A stretch of 64,000 nt of DNA from Patescibacteria group bacterium (GTDB lineage: Bacteria; Patescibacteriota; Minisyncoccia; UBA6257; 2-01-FULL-56-20): assembly GCA_038063755.1 (NCBI GenBank), contig JBBTUL010000012.1, forward strand, positions 572 through 64,571, given 5' to 3'. The stretch's first letter is position 1. Each line of letters begins with the position of its first letter. Shown piece after piece: positions 18,083-25,857 of this stretch. The notes under the pieces were generated by a model. The model made no database searches. It was not told where the DNA came from and was given only the letters and a program-made list of their open reading frames with translations. A program made the translations under genes and the position numbers.

Positions 18083-19307
18083 GGCCATAAAAAAAATCAG
18101 AGCTATCCGATATGTTTCTCAGGTCTCGATACTCAACAAAACATATCATTTACTATTAGCCCTTTTCGGGGCTATGTGGTTTCGTTTTCCCTCCCGAGAC
18201 GTCGCGGTTGTCGGGATTACGGGGACAAAGGGGAAGAGCACAACCCTGGAGCTTCTTTCGGCTATGCTTGAAGCCGGAGGAAAAAAAACAGCCCTTCTTT
18301 CTTCGATAAGGGTAAAAATCGGAGACGACTCCGAGAAAAACCTTACCGGAAACAGCATGCCTGGACGGTTCGCGATCCAAAGATTCTTAAGAAGGGCTGT
18401 GGCGGCCGGATGCGATGCGGCGCTCATCGAGGTTACATCTCAAGGCACTTCTTCCTTCAGGCATCGGTGGATTGATTGGCGGGATGCGCTTATTACCAAT
18501 ATTGCTCCCGAGCATATCGAAGCGCATGGATCGTTTGAAAACTATCGCGCCGCGAAGCTTTTATTTTTAAAATATGCCGCAAAAAAAGGCGCGGGAATAT
18601 TTTTAAATAGCGATGACGGAGCCTCGGCGTATTTTAAAGAAGCGCTTGTGCGGGGTGGAGAGATTGCGGAATACTCCGTATCTCACCTTGTGAAAATTCC
18701 TCACGAAACGGAAAGCGTTCTTCCCGGAAAATTCAATAAAGAAAATATTGCGGCAGCTGTCGCGATCGCAAAGAAATATGGCGTAGGCGACAACGCGATA
18801 TACGAAGGACTCGCCCGTTTTCGCGGGATTCCCGGGAGAGTCGAGTTTGTCGCACGCGAACCATTTTCGGTTATTGTCGATTACGCACACACACCCGACT
18901 CCCTTCAAGCGATCTATAGAACCGTACGACCAGCAGGACACAAGCTTGTATGTGTTCTTGGATCGTGCGGGGGAGGAAGGGATAAGTGGAAGCGACCTGT
19001 GCTCGGAGAAATAGCCGCAGAAAACTGCGATCATGTTATCTTAACCAACGAAGACCCCTACGATGAAAACCCGGAAGACGTTGTAAGCGCGATCGCCGAA
19101 GGGATGCGAAAGAAGAAAGCAGCATCTTTCGAGGTCTTAATTGATCGCGCGGAAGCTCTTAAAAAAGCGATTTCTCTGGCTCAAGCGGGAGATGTTGTTC
19201 TCGCGACAGGGAAAGGAAGCGAGCCGTATATGCATTTTGCCCGCGGAAAGAAGATTCCCTGGAGCGATCAGGAAATACTCAAAAAAGCGCTTCACGAAAA
19301 AAACTAA
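18072..19307 (+). CDS. murE: Mur ligase, most similar to MurE (UDP-MurNAc-tripeptide synthetase), compact form
   Basis: P-loop VGITGTKGKSTT, DYAHTPDSL, and CGGGRDKWKRPVLGEIAAENCDHVILTNEDPYDENPEDV, which aligns with MurE GCGGDRDKGKRP...TDDNPRTEDP. Confidence 0.6.
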   Translation: MTLEAIKKIRAIRYVSQVSILNKTYHLLLALFGAMWFRFPSRDVAVVGITGTKGKSTTLELLSAMLEAGGKKTALLSSIRVKIGDDSEKNLTGNSMPGRFAIQRFLRRAVAAGCDAALIEVTSQGTSSFRHRWIDWRDALITNIAPEHIEAHGSFENYRAAKLLFLKYAAKKGAGIFLNSDDGASAYFKEALVRGGEIAEYSVSHLVKIPHETESVLPGKFNKENIAAAVAIAKKYGVGDNAIYEGLARFRGIPGRVEFVAREPFSVIVDYAHTPDSLQAIYRTVRPAGHKLVCVLGSCGGGRDKWKRPVLGEIAAENCDHVILTNEDPYDENPEDVVSAIAEGMRKKKAASFEVLIDRAEALKKAISLAQAGDVVLATGKGSEPYMHFARGKKIPWSDQEILKKALHEKN

Positions 19308-19329
19308 AGGCCCGGACGTATCCGGGTTA

Positions 19330-19653
19330 TTACTTGCCGCGCCGAAGCGCATTATTGATGTAGTCCGATTTTTCTTGTGGCTCGATTCGGTCGAAAGGCT
19401 TATTGCTCGCACGATCCGGACAGGAGCGAAGCGCTTCCTTCGCGAGGTCGCAGACCCGTTCCCAGTCAGGCTGAGAAACAAAAGACGGCTTTGAGTTTTC
19501 CGCGAGATTCTCGTTTCGCTTAAAAACAGTTAATCGACCCAGCTTATCAAGGCCGAATTGAAAAATAGCTCCACGCACAGACGCGGTGACCGCCGGCCAT
19601 CCGACTCGAATGATTCTCACTGGAGGCTTTCGCGACATCTTGCTCCCTGACAA
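19330..19653 (-). CDS. hypothetical protein
   Basis: 107-aa ORF filling the gap between murE and the RNase gene. No family recognised. Confidence 0.3.
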   Translation of the reverse strand: MSGSKMSRKPPVRIIRVGWPAVTASVRGAIFQFGLDKLGRLTVFKRNENLAENSKPSFVSQPDWERVCDLAKEALRSCPDRASNKPFDRIEPQEKSDYINNALRRGK

Positions 19654-19737
19654 ACAACAGATGCTGCCGCCATTCTATTCTAAAACGAAGAATCATTGCA
19701 AGGCCCACCACGCCAACTTTCCTGTATAATAAGTGAT

Positions 19738-21084
19738 ATGAAAATAACATTCTACGGCGGAGCGAAAACGGTAACGGGAGCAAACTATCTTCTCGAGTCC
19801 GGTGACACGAAAATTCTTATCGACTGCGGGTTGAGCCAGGGAAACAAAGAAGCGGAGAGAAAAAATTTTGAGCCTCTCCCGTATAACCCCTCTTCAGTAC
19901 AAGCGCTTTTTATAACGCATGCCCACGTAGATCATGTCGGAAAGATTCCCAAGCTCGTAAAGAGCGGTTTTGACGGGGCCATATACTCTACCCCCCCAAC
20001 AAAAGACTTTGCAGAGCTTCTCCTGCTTGATTCAGAGCACCTGCTTCGCAGGGAAGCCGAAGAAGAAGGGAGGGCGCCTCTTTATCTTGAAGAAGATGTT
20101 CTTCGGGCGATGACGCAATGGAAGACACAAGATTATCACAGTCCCTTTGAGATTGGGCCGTTTGTCGTCGAGTTTTTTGATGCCGGACACATTCTGGGTT
20201 CGGCGAGCATAAAATTTACCGCAGAGGGGAAAAGCATCATTTTCTCAGGCGATCTCGGAAACGCTCCCGCCCCAGTAATTCGCGATCCGGACCCTCTTCC
20301 TGCGGCAGACTACTGCGTTATAGAGTCAACGTACGGAGATAGGGTTCACGATTCAGCAGATACGAGAGAGAGCGAGCTTGAGAATGCCATAGAGGATACC
20401 GTAAGGGCAGGCGGAGTGCTCATGGTGCCTGCTTTTGCGATGGAGCGAACACAAGACCTTCTCTATCATTTAAACGGACTCGTCGAGCAGGGGAGGGTTC
20501 CCCGGGTTCCAGTTTATATAGACAGCCCCCTCGCCATTCGACTAACGGATGTTTATAAGAAGTATAAAGAATATTTTAATAGAAGCGTGACAAAAGAGAT
20601 GAGGGCCGGCGACGATATCTTAAACTTTCCAGGACTACACTTCACGCTTACCGCCGAACAATCGAAAGAAATAAACAACGTTCACCCGCCCAAGATTATT
20701 ATCGCCGGTTCTGGAATGTCGAACGGAGGAAGGATCCTGCATCACGAAAGACGCTACTTAAGCGATCCAAAAAGCTGTCTCTTAATAGTTGGTTATCAGG
20801 CGGCAGGAACCATGGGGCGAGCGCTCGTAGACGGCGCAAAGACAGTGCGGATGTTTAAAGAAGAAATTCCAGTGAGATGCAGCATACGATCAATAACTGC
20901 TTATTCCGCTCATGCTGACCAGCCACATCTTCTGGCCTGGCTTCGTCCAAGAAGGGGATCGCTCAAGGAGGTATTCGTCGTTCAGGGAGAGGAAGAAGGG
21001 GCGATGGTGCTTGCGCAAAAAATAAGAGATGAGCTTGCGGTACAAGCATCGGTGCCAAGCTACGGAGAAGAGTTCATGCTATAA
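19738..21084 (+). CDS. beta-CASP family metallo-beta-lactamase ribonuclease (RNase J / CPSF-like)
   Basis: HAHVDHVG MBL motif followed by beta-CASP motifs and a C-terminal RNA-metabolising MBL domain. A consensus promoter TTGCAA-17-TATAAT lies upstream at 19693-19730. Confidence 0.75.
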   Translation: MKITFYGGAKTVTGANYLLESGDTKILIDCGLSQGNKEAERKNFEPLPYNPSSVQALFITHAHVDHVGKIPKLVKSGFDGAIYSTPPTKDFAELLLLDSEHLLRREAEEEGRAPLYLEEDVLRAMTQWKTQDYHSPFEIGPFVVEFFDAGHILGSASIKFTAEGKSIIFSGDLGNAPAPVIRDPDPLPAADYCVIESTYGDRVHDSADTRESELENAIEDTVRAGGVLMVPAFAMERTQDLLYHLNGLVEQGRVPRVPVYIDSPLAIRLTDVYKKYKEYFNRSVTKEMRAGDDILNFPGLHFTLTAEQSKEINNVHPPKIIIAGSGMSNGGRILHHERRYLSDPKSCLLIVGYQAAGTMGRALVDGAKTVRMFKEEIPVRCSIRSITAYSAHADQPHLLAWLRPRRGSLKEVFVVQGEEEGAMVLAQKIRDELAVQASVPSYGEEFML

Positions 21085-21092
21085 TCGAAATC

Positions 21093-21698
21093 ATGACGAC
21101 TAACGGAAAAAAACATAACCACGACGATGTATATCATTTGAAGTACAAAATTGCTATTTCCGGTTCTGCGGATACGAGCATGTGTGCGCCCGACGCGCTT
21201 GAGAAAACAGAAGAGCTCGGCAGGCTTATCGCAGAGCACGGAATGGTGCTCGTAACCGGAGCAACAACAGGAGCTCCGTATTGGGCCGCAAAAGGCGCGA
21301 AAAAAGCAGGAGGTTTTGTAATAGGCATTTCTCCCGCCTCATCAAAAGCGCATCACATGAAAACATACCGTCTTCCTGTCGACTATCACGATCTTATTAT
21401 CTATACAGGATTCGGGTACTCAGGACGAAACCTTCTTTTCACACGAGCCGCGGATGCGATCGTGACAACGTGCGGAAGAATAGGAACCCTGAACGAGTTT
21501 ACGGACGCGTTCGAAGACCAAAAGCCCCAAGGGGTTCTTACTGCGACCGGAGGGACCACGGATCTTATCGACGAAATCTTGAAGGAGGCGAGAAGGGGGA
21601 GCGGTAAGGTTGTTTTCGATGATAACCCAAAGGCTCTTATCGAGAAGCTCATCGCGGTTCTCCAGGAAGAAGACAAAGACCTCGAAGAAGCCGCATGA
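21093..21698 (+). CDS. TIGR00725/LOG-family Rossmann-fold protein
   Basis: ISGSAD...LVTGATTGAPYWAAKGAKKAGGFVIGISP is a pattern of the LOG/DprA-like SLOG superfamily. Confidence 0.55.
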   Translation: MTTNGKKHNHDDVYHLKYKIAISGSADTSMCAPDALEKTEELGRLIAEHGMVLVTGATTGAPYWAAKGAKKAGGFVIGISPASSKAHHMKTYRLPVDYHDLIIYTGFGYSGRNLLFTRAADAIVTTCGRIGTLNEFTDAFEDQKPQGVLTATGGTTDLIDEILKEARRGSGKVVFDDNPKALIEKLIAVLQEEDKDLEEAA

Positions 21699-22054
21699 AG
21701 AAGCTATTTAAAAAACTAAAAAAAGCACTTGTGCCGAGGAAAAAGAGCGTGAAGAAGCCAAAAAAGAAAGCGGTTCGGGCGGTGAAGAAGAAGGCGACAA
21801 AAAAGAAAGAAGACGTTTTGGGCGTCGTTACCCATTTTTACGGACACATTAAGGTTGCCGTGCTTCGTGTAAAGAAGCCGTTTCGTGCCGGAGTAAAAAT
21901 AAAATTCCGTGGTGCGACGACCGATTTCGAGCAGACTGTCGCATCCCTACAGTACAACCACAAACCAATCGCTCTTGCGCCGAAGGGCAAGCAGGTTGGC
22001 ATGAAGGTGAAGGCGAGAGTGAGAGAGGGAGACATCGTATACAGGGCGCAATAG
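21695..22054 (+). CDS. small protein with histone-H1-like Lys-rich N-terminus and conserved beta-rich C-domain
   Basis: KKLFKKLKKALVPRKKSVKKPKKKAVRAVKKKATKKK followed by a globular domain. A 4-nt overlap with the upstream gene suggests coupling. Confidence 0.5.
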   Translation: MKKLFKKLKKALVPRKKSVKKPKKKAVRAVKKKATKKKEDVLGVVTHFYGHIKVAVLRVKKPFRAGVKIKFRGATTDFEQTVASLQYNHKPIALAPKGKQVGMKVKARVREGDIVYRAQ

Positions 22055-22062
22055 GGCGACGC

Positions 22063-23175
22063 ATGAAGGCTGTCGATTTAGGAAAAACAATTGGCGTCCT
22101 GGTTGCCGGGACCATGGGGGCCGGTATTTTTGCGCTTCCGGCGCTTTTTAGGGTATCCGGTTGGGCAACCGGCTTTTTTTATCTTTTTGCCCTCGGAGCC
22201 CTTGTCTCTTCCGTACACCTTCTTTACTGGAAGGTTCTCGAGAAAACGAACGGTGAGCATCGTCTTTTCGGGCTCGTTGAGAGATTTCTCGGGAAAAACT
22301 ACGCCGTATTCGCCTTTCTGCTTGTTGTTTTTGGTCTCGCGCTTGTCCTCCTTATCTATCTTCTTCTGGGCGAGAAGTTCCTAAGTTTTCTTTTCCCAGA
22401 GCTTAATGGGGTTGCGATTTATGCGTTTTGGATTGCCGCGTCAGTTCCTCTCTTTTTCGGAATAAAAAAAGTCGCAGGCGGCGAATCTCTCGTTGCTCTC
22501 GCAACAGGCGGGATTGCACTTTTCCTTTTCGCAAAGACACAAGAGCCGTTCGCAATTTTTGAAGGAAGCGCTTTTAGTTTAAAAAACATTGCCCTACCCT
22601 TCGGCCCAATCCTCTTCGCGGTTTCCGGATGGGTTTCGACACAAACAATGTTCAATGCCTGGAGAGCCAATAAGCGTCCGGGGACGCCTCGCTTTCTTAT
22701 TGCCGCCGGAACATTAACGGTGCTTTTAATCTATTCTATATTCGTGATGAGTACGGCACAGGTTGCGGGAGGTGTTTCTGGAGGGATAGATCTTCCTTCA
22801 TGGGCCGGAGTGTTCGGGAAAGAAATCACGACCATCATCGCTCTTTTTGGGCTACTTGCCGTTTGGGCCGCATACATCCCGCTTGCACTTGAAATAAAAA
22901 GCACGATGGAAAGCGACTTGCGTATGTCAAAAGCGCACTCTCTTCTTGTTGCACTTCTTACTCCCCTTGCATTATTCTCTCTCGGGCTCAAGAACTTTTT
23001 GGGTATAGTCGGTCTCGTGGGAGGAGTATTCGGTGCGGCTCAATATATTCTTTTGCTTCTTGTTGCAAAAAAAGCGCTCGACAAGAATACGTGGCAATCA
23101 GCGCTTATCGGACTTGGAATTGCAGTGTTTTCGCTCGGTGGAGCATATGAGATTTACCATTTCCTTTTCGCTTGA
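22063..23175 (+). CDS. amino acid transporter (Aa_trans/HAAAP-like, 10-11 TM)
   Basis: N-terminal GTMGAGIFALPALF motif typical of the amino acid/auxin permease and aromatic amino acid permease families. Confidence 0.55.
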   Translation: MKAVDLGKTIGVLVAGTMGAGIFALPALFRVSGWATGFFYLFALGALVSSVHLLYWKVLEKTNGEHRLFGLVERFLGKNYAVFAFLLVVFGLALVLLIYLLLGEKFLSFLFPELNGVAIYAFWIAASVPLFFGIKKVAGGESLVALATGGIALFLFAKTQEPFAIFEGSAFSLKNIALPFGPILFAVSGWVSTQTMFNAWRANKRPGTPRFLIAAGTLTVLLIYSIFVMSTAQVAGGVSGGIDLPSWAGVFGKEITTIIALFGLLAVWAAYIPLALEIKSTMESDLRMSKAHSLLVALLTPLALFSLGLKNFLGIVGLVGGVFGAAQYILLLLVAKKALDKNTWQSALIGLGIAVFSLGGAYEIYHFLFA

Positions 23176-23251
23176 GTATACTAGTGGGAGAATTGGAGGC
23201 GCAGAAAAAGCGCCCCGAAACGAAAGGCTTTTTATCACAAACTCGACAAAC

Positions 23252-23268
23252 CGCGCCCGTAGTTCAAC
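23252..23268 (+). repeat. 17-nt direct repeat CGCGCCCGTAGTTCAAC (copy 1); copy 2 at 23593-23609 is the 5' end of tRNA-Arg
   Basis: An exact 17/17 match of the two copies brackets the GIY-YIG ORF. Copy 1 is a truncated tRNA 5' fragment. Confidence 0.6.
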
Positions 23269-23324
23269 CCCGACGCGCGAAGCGGCCGGGGCTCCGACCC
23301 CAAAAGGCGTCGGAGCGGATAACC

Positions 23325-23588
23325 ATGAAAGGAATCGTATATATTCTTCAAGACAAGCTCGGCCGGTATTATATCGGAAGCACGGTTGATATTGATCGTC
23401 GAATGAAGCAGCACAAGGCTTGTCACACGGCGACAACAAAGCGAATGCAGAGCCCACGGCTGGTGCTCAAACAGGAATACGCCTCGATTGAGGAGGCAAG
23501 AAGAACCGAAGCGCGCCTGAAAAAACTAAAAAGAAAGGACTACATTGAAAAAATAGTCGCAGAAGGGTACATTAGAGGCGCTGGATAA
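23325..23588 (+). CDS. GIY-YIG nuclease domain protein (homing-endonuclease-like, free-standing)
   Basis: MKGIVYILQDKLGRYYIGSTVDIDRRMKQHK carries the GIY-YIG signature (G-I-V-Y...Y-Y-I-G-S-T...R...H). The Met at 23325 has a good context. Confidence 0.7.
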   Translation: MKGIVYILQDKLGRYYIGSTVDIDRRMKQHKACHTATTKRMQSPRLVLKQEYASIEEARRTEARLKKLKRKDYIEKIVAEGYIRGAG

Positions 23589-23593
23589 TTTTC

Positions 23594-23665
23594 GCGCCCG
23601 TAGTTCAACGGATAGAATGCATCCCTCCGAAGGATGAGATTGAAGTTCAATTCTTCACGGGCGCA
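23594..23665 (+). tRNA. tRNA-Arg (anticodon CCG)
   Basis: Manual fold: acceptor GCGCCCG/CGGGCGC, D-arm GTTC..GAAC, anticodon stem CATCC/GGATG with loop CTCCGAA (anticodon CCG), T-arm TGAAG-TTCAATT-CTTCA, discriminator A. CCA is not encoded. Confidence 0.8.
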
Positions 23666-23734
23666 CAAGAACTTGACCCTGGTGAGTGGTTGTGATAAAA
23701 ATCAAAGTAGCAAAGACTGAGGAAAGGGAAAACG

Positions 23735-24196
23735 ATGGCCAAGGCTCCTCGCGATATTTTAGCTGAATTTCGTGCCGCTAGTTCAGAAAAAATGCTTCGT
23801 ATGTCGTGGGAGGATTTTTTTGCGATACCGTTGCTAGCCAATGCCGCTGAGGCGAAACAGGACCACTTGGAGCGGATTGATTATGCGATCAGGCTGCGGA
23901 TGTTGAAGCTCCTCTCTGGGGGGGCGCCGCCGCTTTTTGAGCTTAAAGAGTCCTATAGGGCGGTAGCGACCCTCGCCGCTAGCGTCGCGAGCGCTCCGGC
24001 CAAGAGCGCCTTGGTCAAGAGAGAAGACTTGAGGATGGCAGGGAGATGGTGGGCCTTTGCCAGCCTTCTTGACTTGCATATTTTAAATCTTGACTCGCGA
24101 AAAGCCTTCGAAGATCAAGGCATCTCCAGGGGAGTTGAGGAAGCAATAGCCACCCCCGAAGACGACGACTCCGCCGCCCGGGGTCCCGAGTTGTGA
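23735..24196 (+). CDS. hypothetical protein encoded in a GC-rich segment
   Basis: 153 aa. G+C is visibly higher than the flanks. An intrinsic terminator follows. Confidence 0.45.
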   Translation: MAKAPRDILAEFRAASSEKMLRMSWEDFFAIPLLANAAEAKQDHLERIDYAIRLRMLKLLSGGAPPLFELKESYRAVATLAASVASAPAKSALVKREDLRMAGRWWAFASLLDLHILNLDSRKAFEDQGISRGVEEAIATPEDDDSAARGPEL

Positions 24197-24216
24197 AGTG
24201 TCTGTTATCTGCCCAG

Positions 24217-24241
24217 AAACCCGCCAAAAATGCGGGTTTTT
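24217..24241 (+). terminator. rho-independent terminator
   Basis: acccgc-caaaaat-gcgggt followed by TTTTT. Confidence 0.5.
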
Positions 24242-24250
24242 AATTTCAAA

Positions 24251-24277
24251 TAAAAAAACTCGGCAAGAGAGGCCGAG
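24251..24277 (-). terminator. rho-independent terminator for the minus-strand zinc-ribbon gene
   Basis: Minus strand reads ctcggcctctcttgccgag followed by TTTTTTTA, immediately after the stop at 24278. Confidence 0.45.
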
Positions 24278-24733
24278 CTAGAACCGACGATCCGATGTTC
24301 TGGTAAGCGCTTTGATGGTAAATGCCGAAAAACTGCTTGGGCAAAGAAGGAGATGCTCCAGCTTCCACCTGTCGCCCTCGGGGGCATCGACTTCTTGAAA
24401 ATACCTTCCGATTACGGGGTGCTTTGCCCCGCACGAAGGACAATCGCCATTTATTAGGTCTTTGATGGGGACAGCCTTGAATCCACGAGGGTCTTCGCCT
24501 TTAAGAAGTTCTTCAACAATAACCCTCTCGCCGGCACCGTCTAAAAAGAAAAAAGCATCCGAATGTTTTCCCGGGTCGTCTTCCCTCCAGGAAGAAAAGA
24601 TACCGCGAAATGCTTTTTCGAAAAGCAAGGTGCGGGCAATTTTTTCTTTAAGTTCGTCCACTCTTTTTGAGAGATCAGAAAAGCGCGATTCAAGAACTTT
24701 TCTGTGTTCTTCGGCTGTTCCCGCAAATCTCAT
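24278..24733 (-). CDS. coiled-coil + C4 zinc-ribbon protein (COG1579-like)
   Basis: Coiled-coil N-terminal part and a C-terminal CPSCG...C...C pattern. Start taken at the internal Met (MRFAGTAEEH). Confidence 0.4.
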   Translation of the reverse strand: MRFAGTAEEHRKVLESRFSDLSKRVDELKEKIARTLLFEKAFRGIFSSWREDDPGKHSDAFFFLDGAGERVIVEELLKGEDPRGFKAVPIKDLINGDCPSCGAKHPVIGRYFQEVDAPEGDRWKLEHLLLCPSSFSAFTIKALTRTSDRRF

Positions 24734-24834
24734 AGCGCCTCTTCTTGCGTCAGAGTTCTGGAAAAAAAATAGCACGCACGCGCCCCAAAAGCAAGAGATT
24801 TTCTCTATCGGTGCAGAAGGGATATAATTTCGAA

Positions 24835-25431
24835 ATGGACAAAGAAGAGGCATTGAAGAAACTTTTTCAAGAAGTAGTGAGCGACAAAAACCTTCCGCTT
24901 CAAGAGCCGAATTTGGTTTTTGGCGAAGGGAACGTTGACGCTGAGGTGATGTTTGTCGGGGAAGCGCCCGGGTTTCACGAAAACGAAGAGAAGCGTCCCT
25001 TTGTTGGGCGCGGCGGACAACTCCTGAACAGGAATATCGAAAAAATCGGCTGGAGACGCGAAGATGTTTATATTACGAATATCGTAAAGCGCAGGCCGCC
25101 CGACAATCGAGATCCGCTTCCGGAGGAGATCGAAGCTTATAAGCCCTACCTCACGAAGCAGATCGAGATCATAAATCCGCTTGTTGTGGCCACCCTCGGA
25201 AGGTTTTCAATGAATTATTTTTTGCCGGGCGCGAAGATAACACGAGACCAAGGAAAGGTGTTTCGCGTGGGAGGCCGATTCATCGTGCCAATACTCCATC
25301 CGGCGGCCGCGCTTCGCGCGACCGGAATGCTCGAAGCCTTTGAGGAGGTTTTTCAGAAGCTTCCTCGAATCGTTTCGCGATGCAAGAAAGAACTCGCAAA
25401 AACCGAGAACGAGAGTACGACCGCGAATTAA
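24835..25431 (+). CDS. uracil-DNA glycosylase, family 4
   Basis: GEGNVDAEVMFVGEAPGFHENEEKRPFVGRGGQLL and HPAAALR are UDG family 4 motifs. Confidence 0.8.
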   Translation: MDKEEALKKLFQEVVSDKNLPLQEPNLVFGEGNVDAEVMFVGEAPGFHENEEKRPFVGRGGQLLNRNIEKIGWRREDVYITNIVKRRPPDNRDPLPEEIEAYKPYLTKQIEIINPLVVATLGRFSMNYFLPGAKITRDQGKVFRVGGRFIVPILHPAAALRATGMLEAFEEVFQKLPRIVSRCKKELAKTENESTTAN

Positions 25432-25494
25432 GAGGCAGGAGCTTCTTGCGCAGAAAAGGGAAAAAGCCAAAGGAAGCTGATATAATATGGATAC

Positions 25495-25857
25495 ATGAAC
25501 TTTGCCTTTGTGTACGTCGTCAATAGATTCTTTTTCCGTCTTTCGGATTTTTTTCATCACTGGTATATTGACGGGTCGCGGACCATCGCACATGGATTTG
25601 TTTCTTTCCTGGAGCGGGTGGATCAGGTCATAGCGCTTCGCATTACCTTTCTTCATTTTTTTCAGCCGCTATACAAAGACTTCACGTTTATCGGAAGAGT
25701 TCTTGGTGTTGTGTTCCGATCAATCCGGCTCATTATTGGCATCGCAGTGTATGCGGGAATATGCGCTTTTTTCCTAGGCTTCTATTTGGCCTGGATTTTT
25801 TTACCGCTCTTTTTCCTGATATCCTCATACGCCGCATTTAAGAAAGGCTATGTATAG
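25495..25857 (+). CDS. small hypothetical membrane protein
   Basis: 120 aa with 2-3 TM helices, directly upstream of the Clp-like gene with an 8-nt overlap. Confidence 0.35.
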   Translation: MNFAFVYVVNRFFFRLSDFFHHWYIDGSRTIAHGFVSFLERVDQVIALRITFLHFFQPLYKDFTFIGRVLGVVFRSIRLIIGIAVYAGICAFFLGFYLAWIFLPLFFLISSYAAFKKGYV

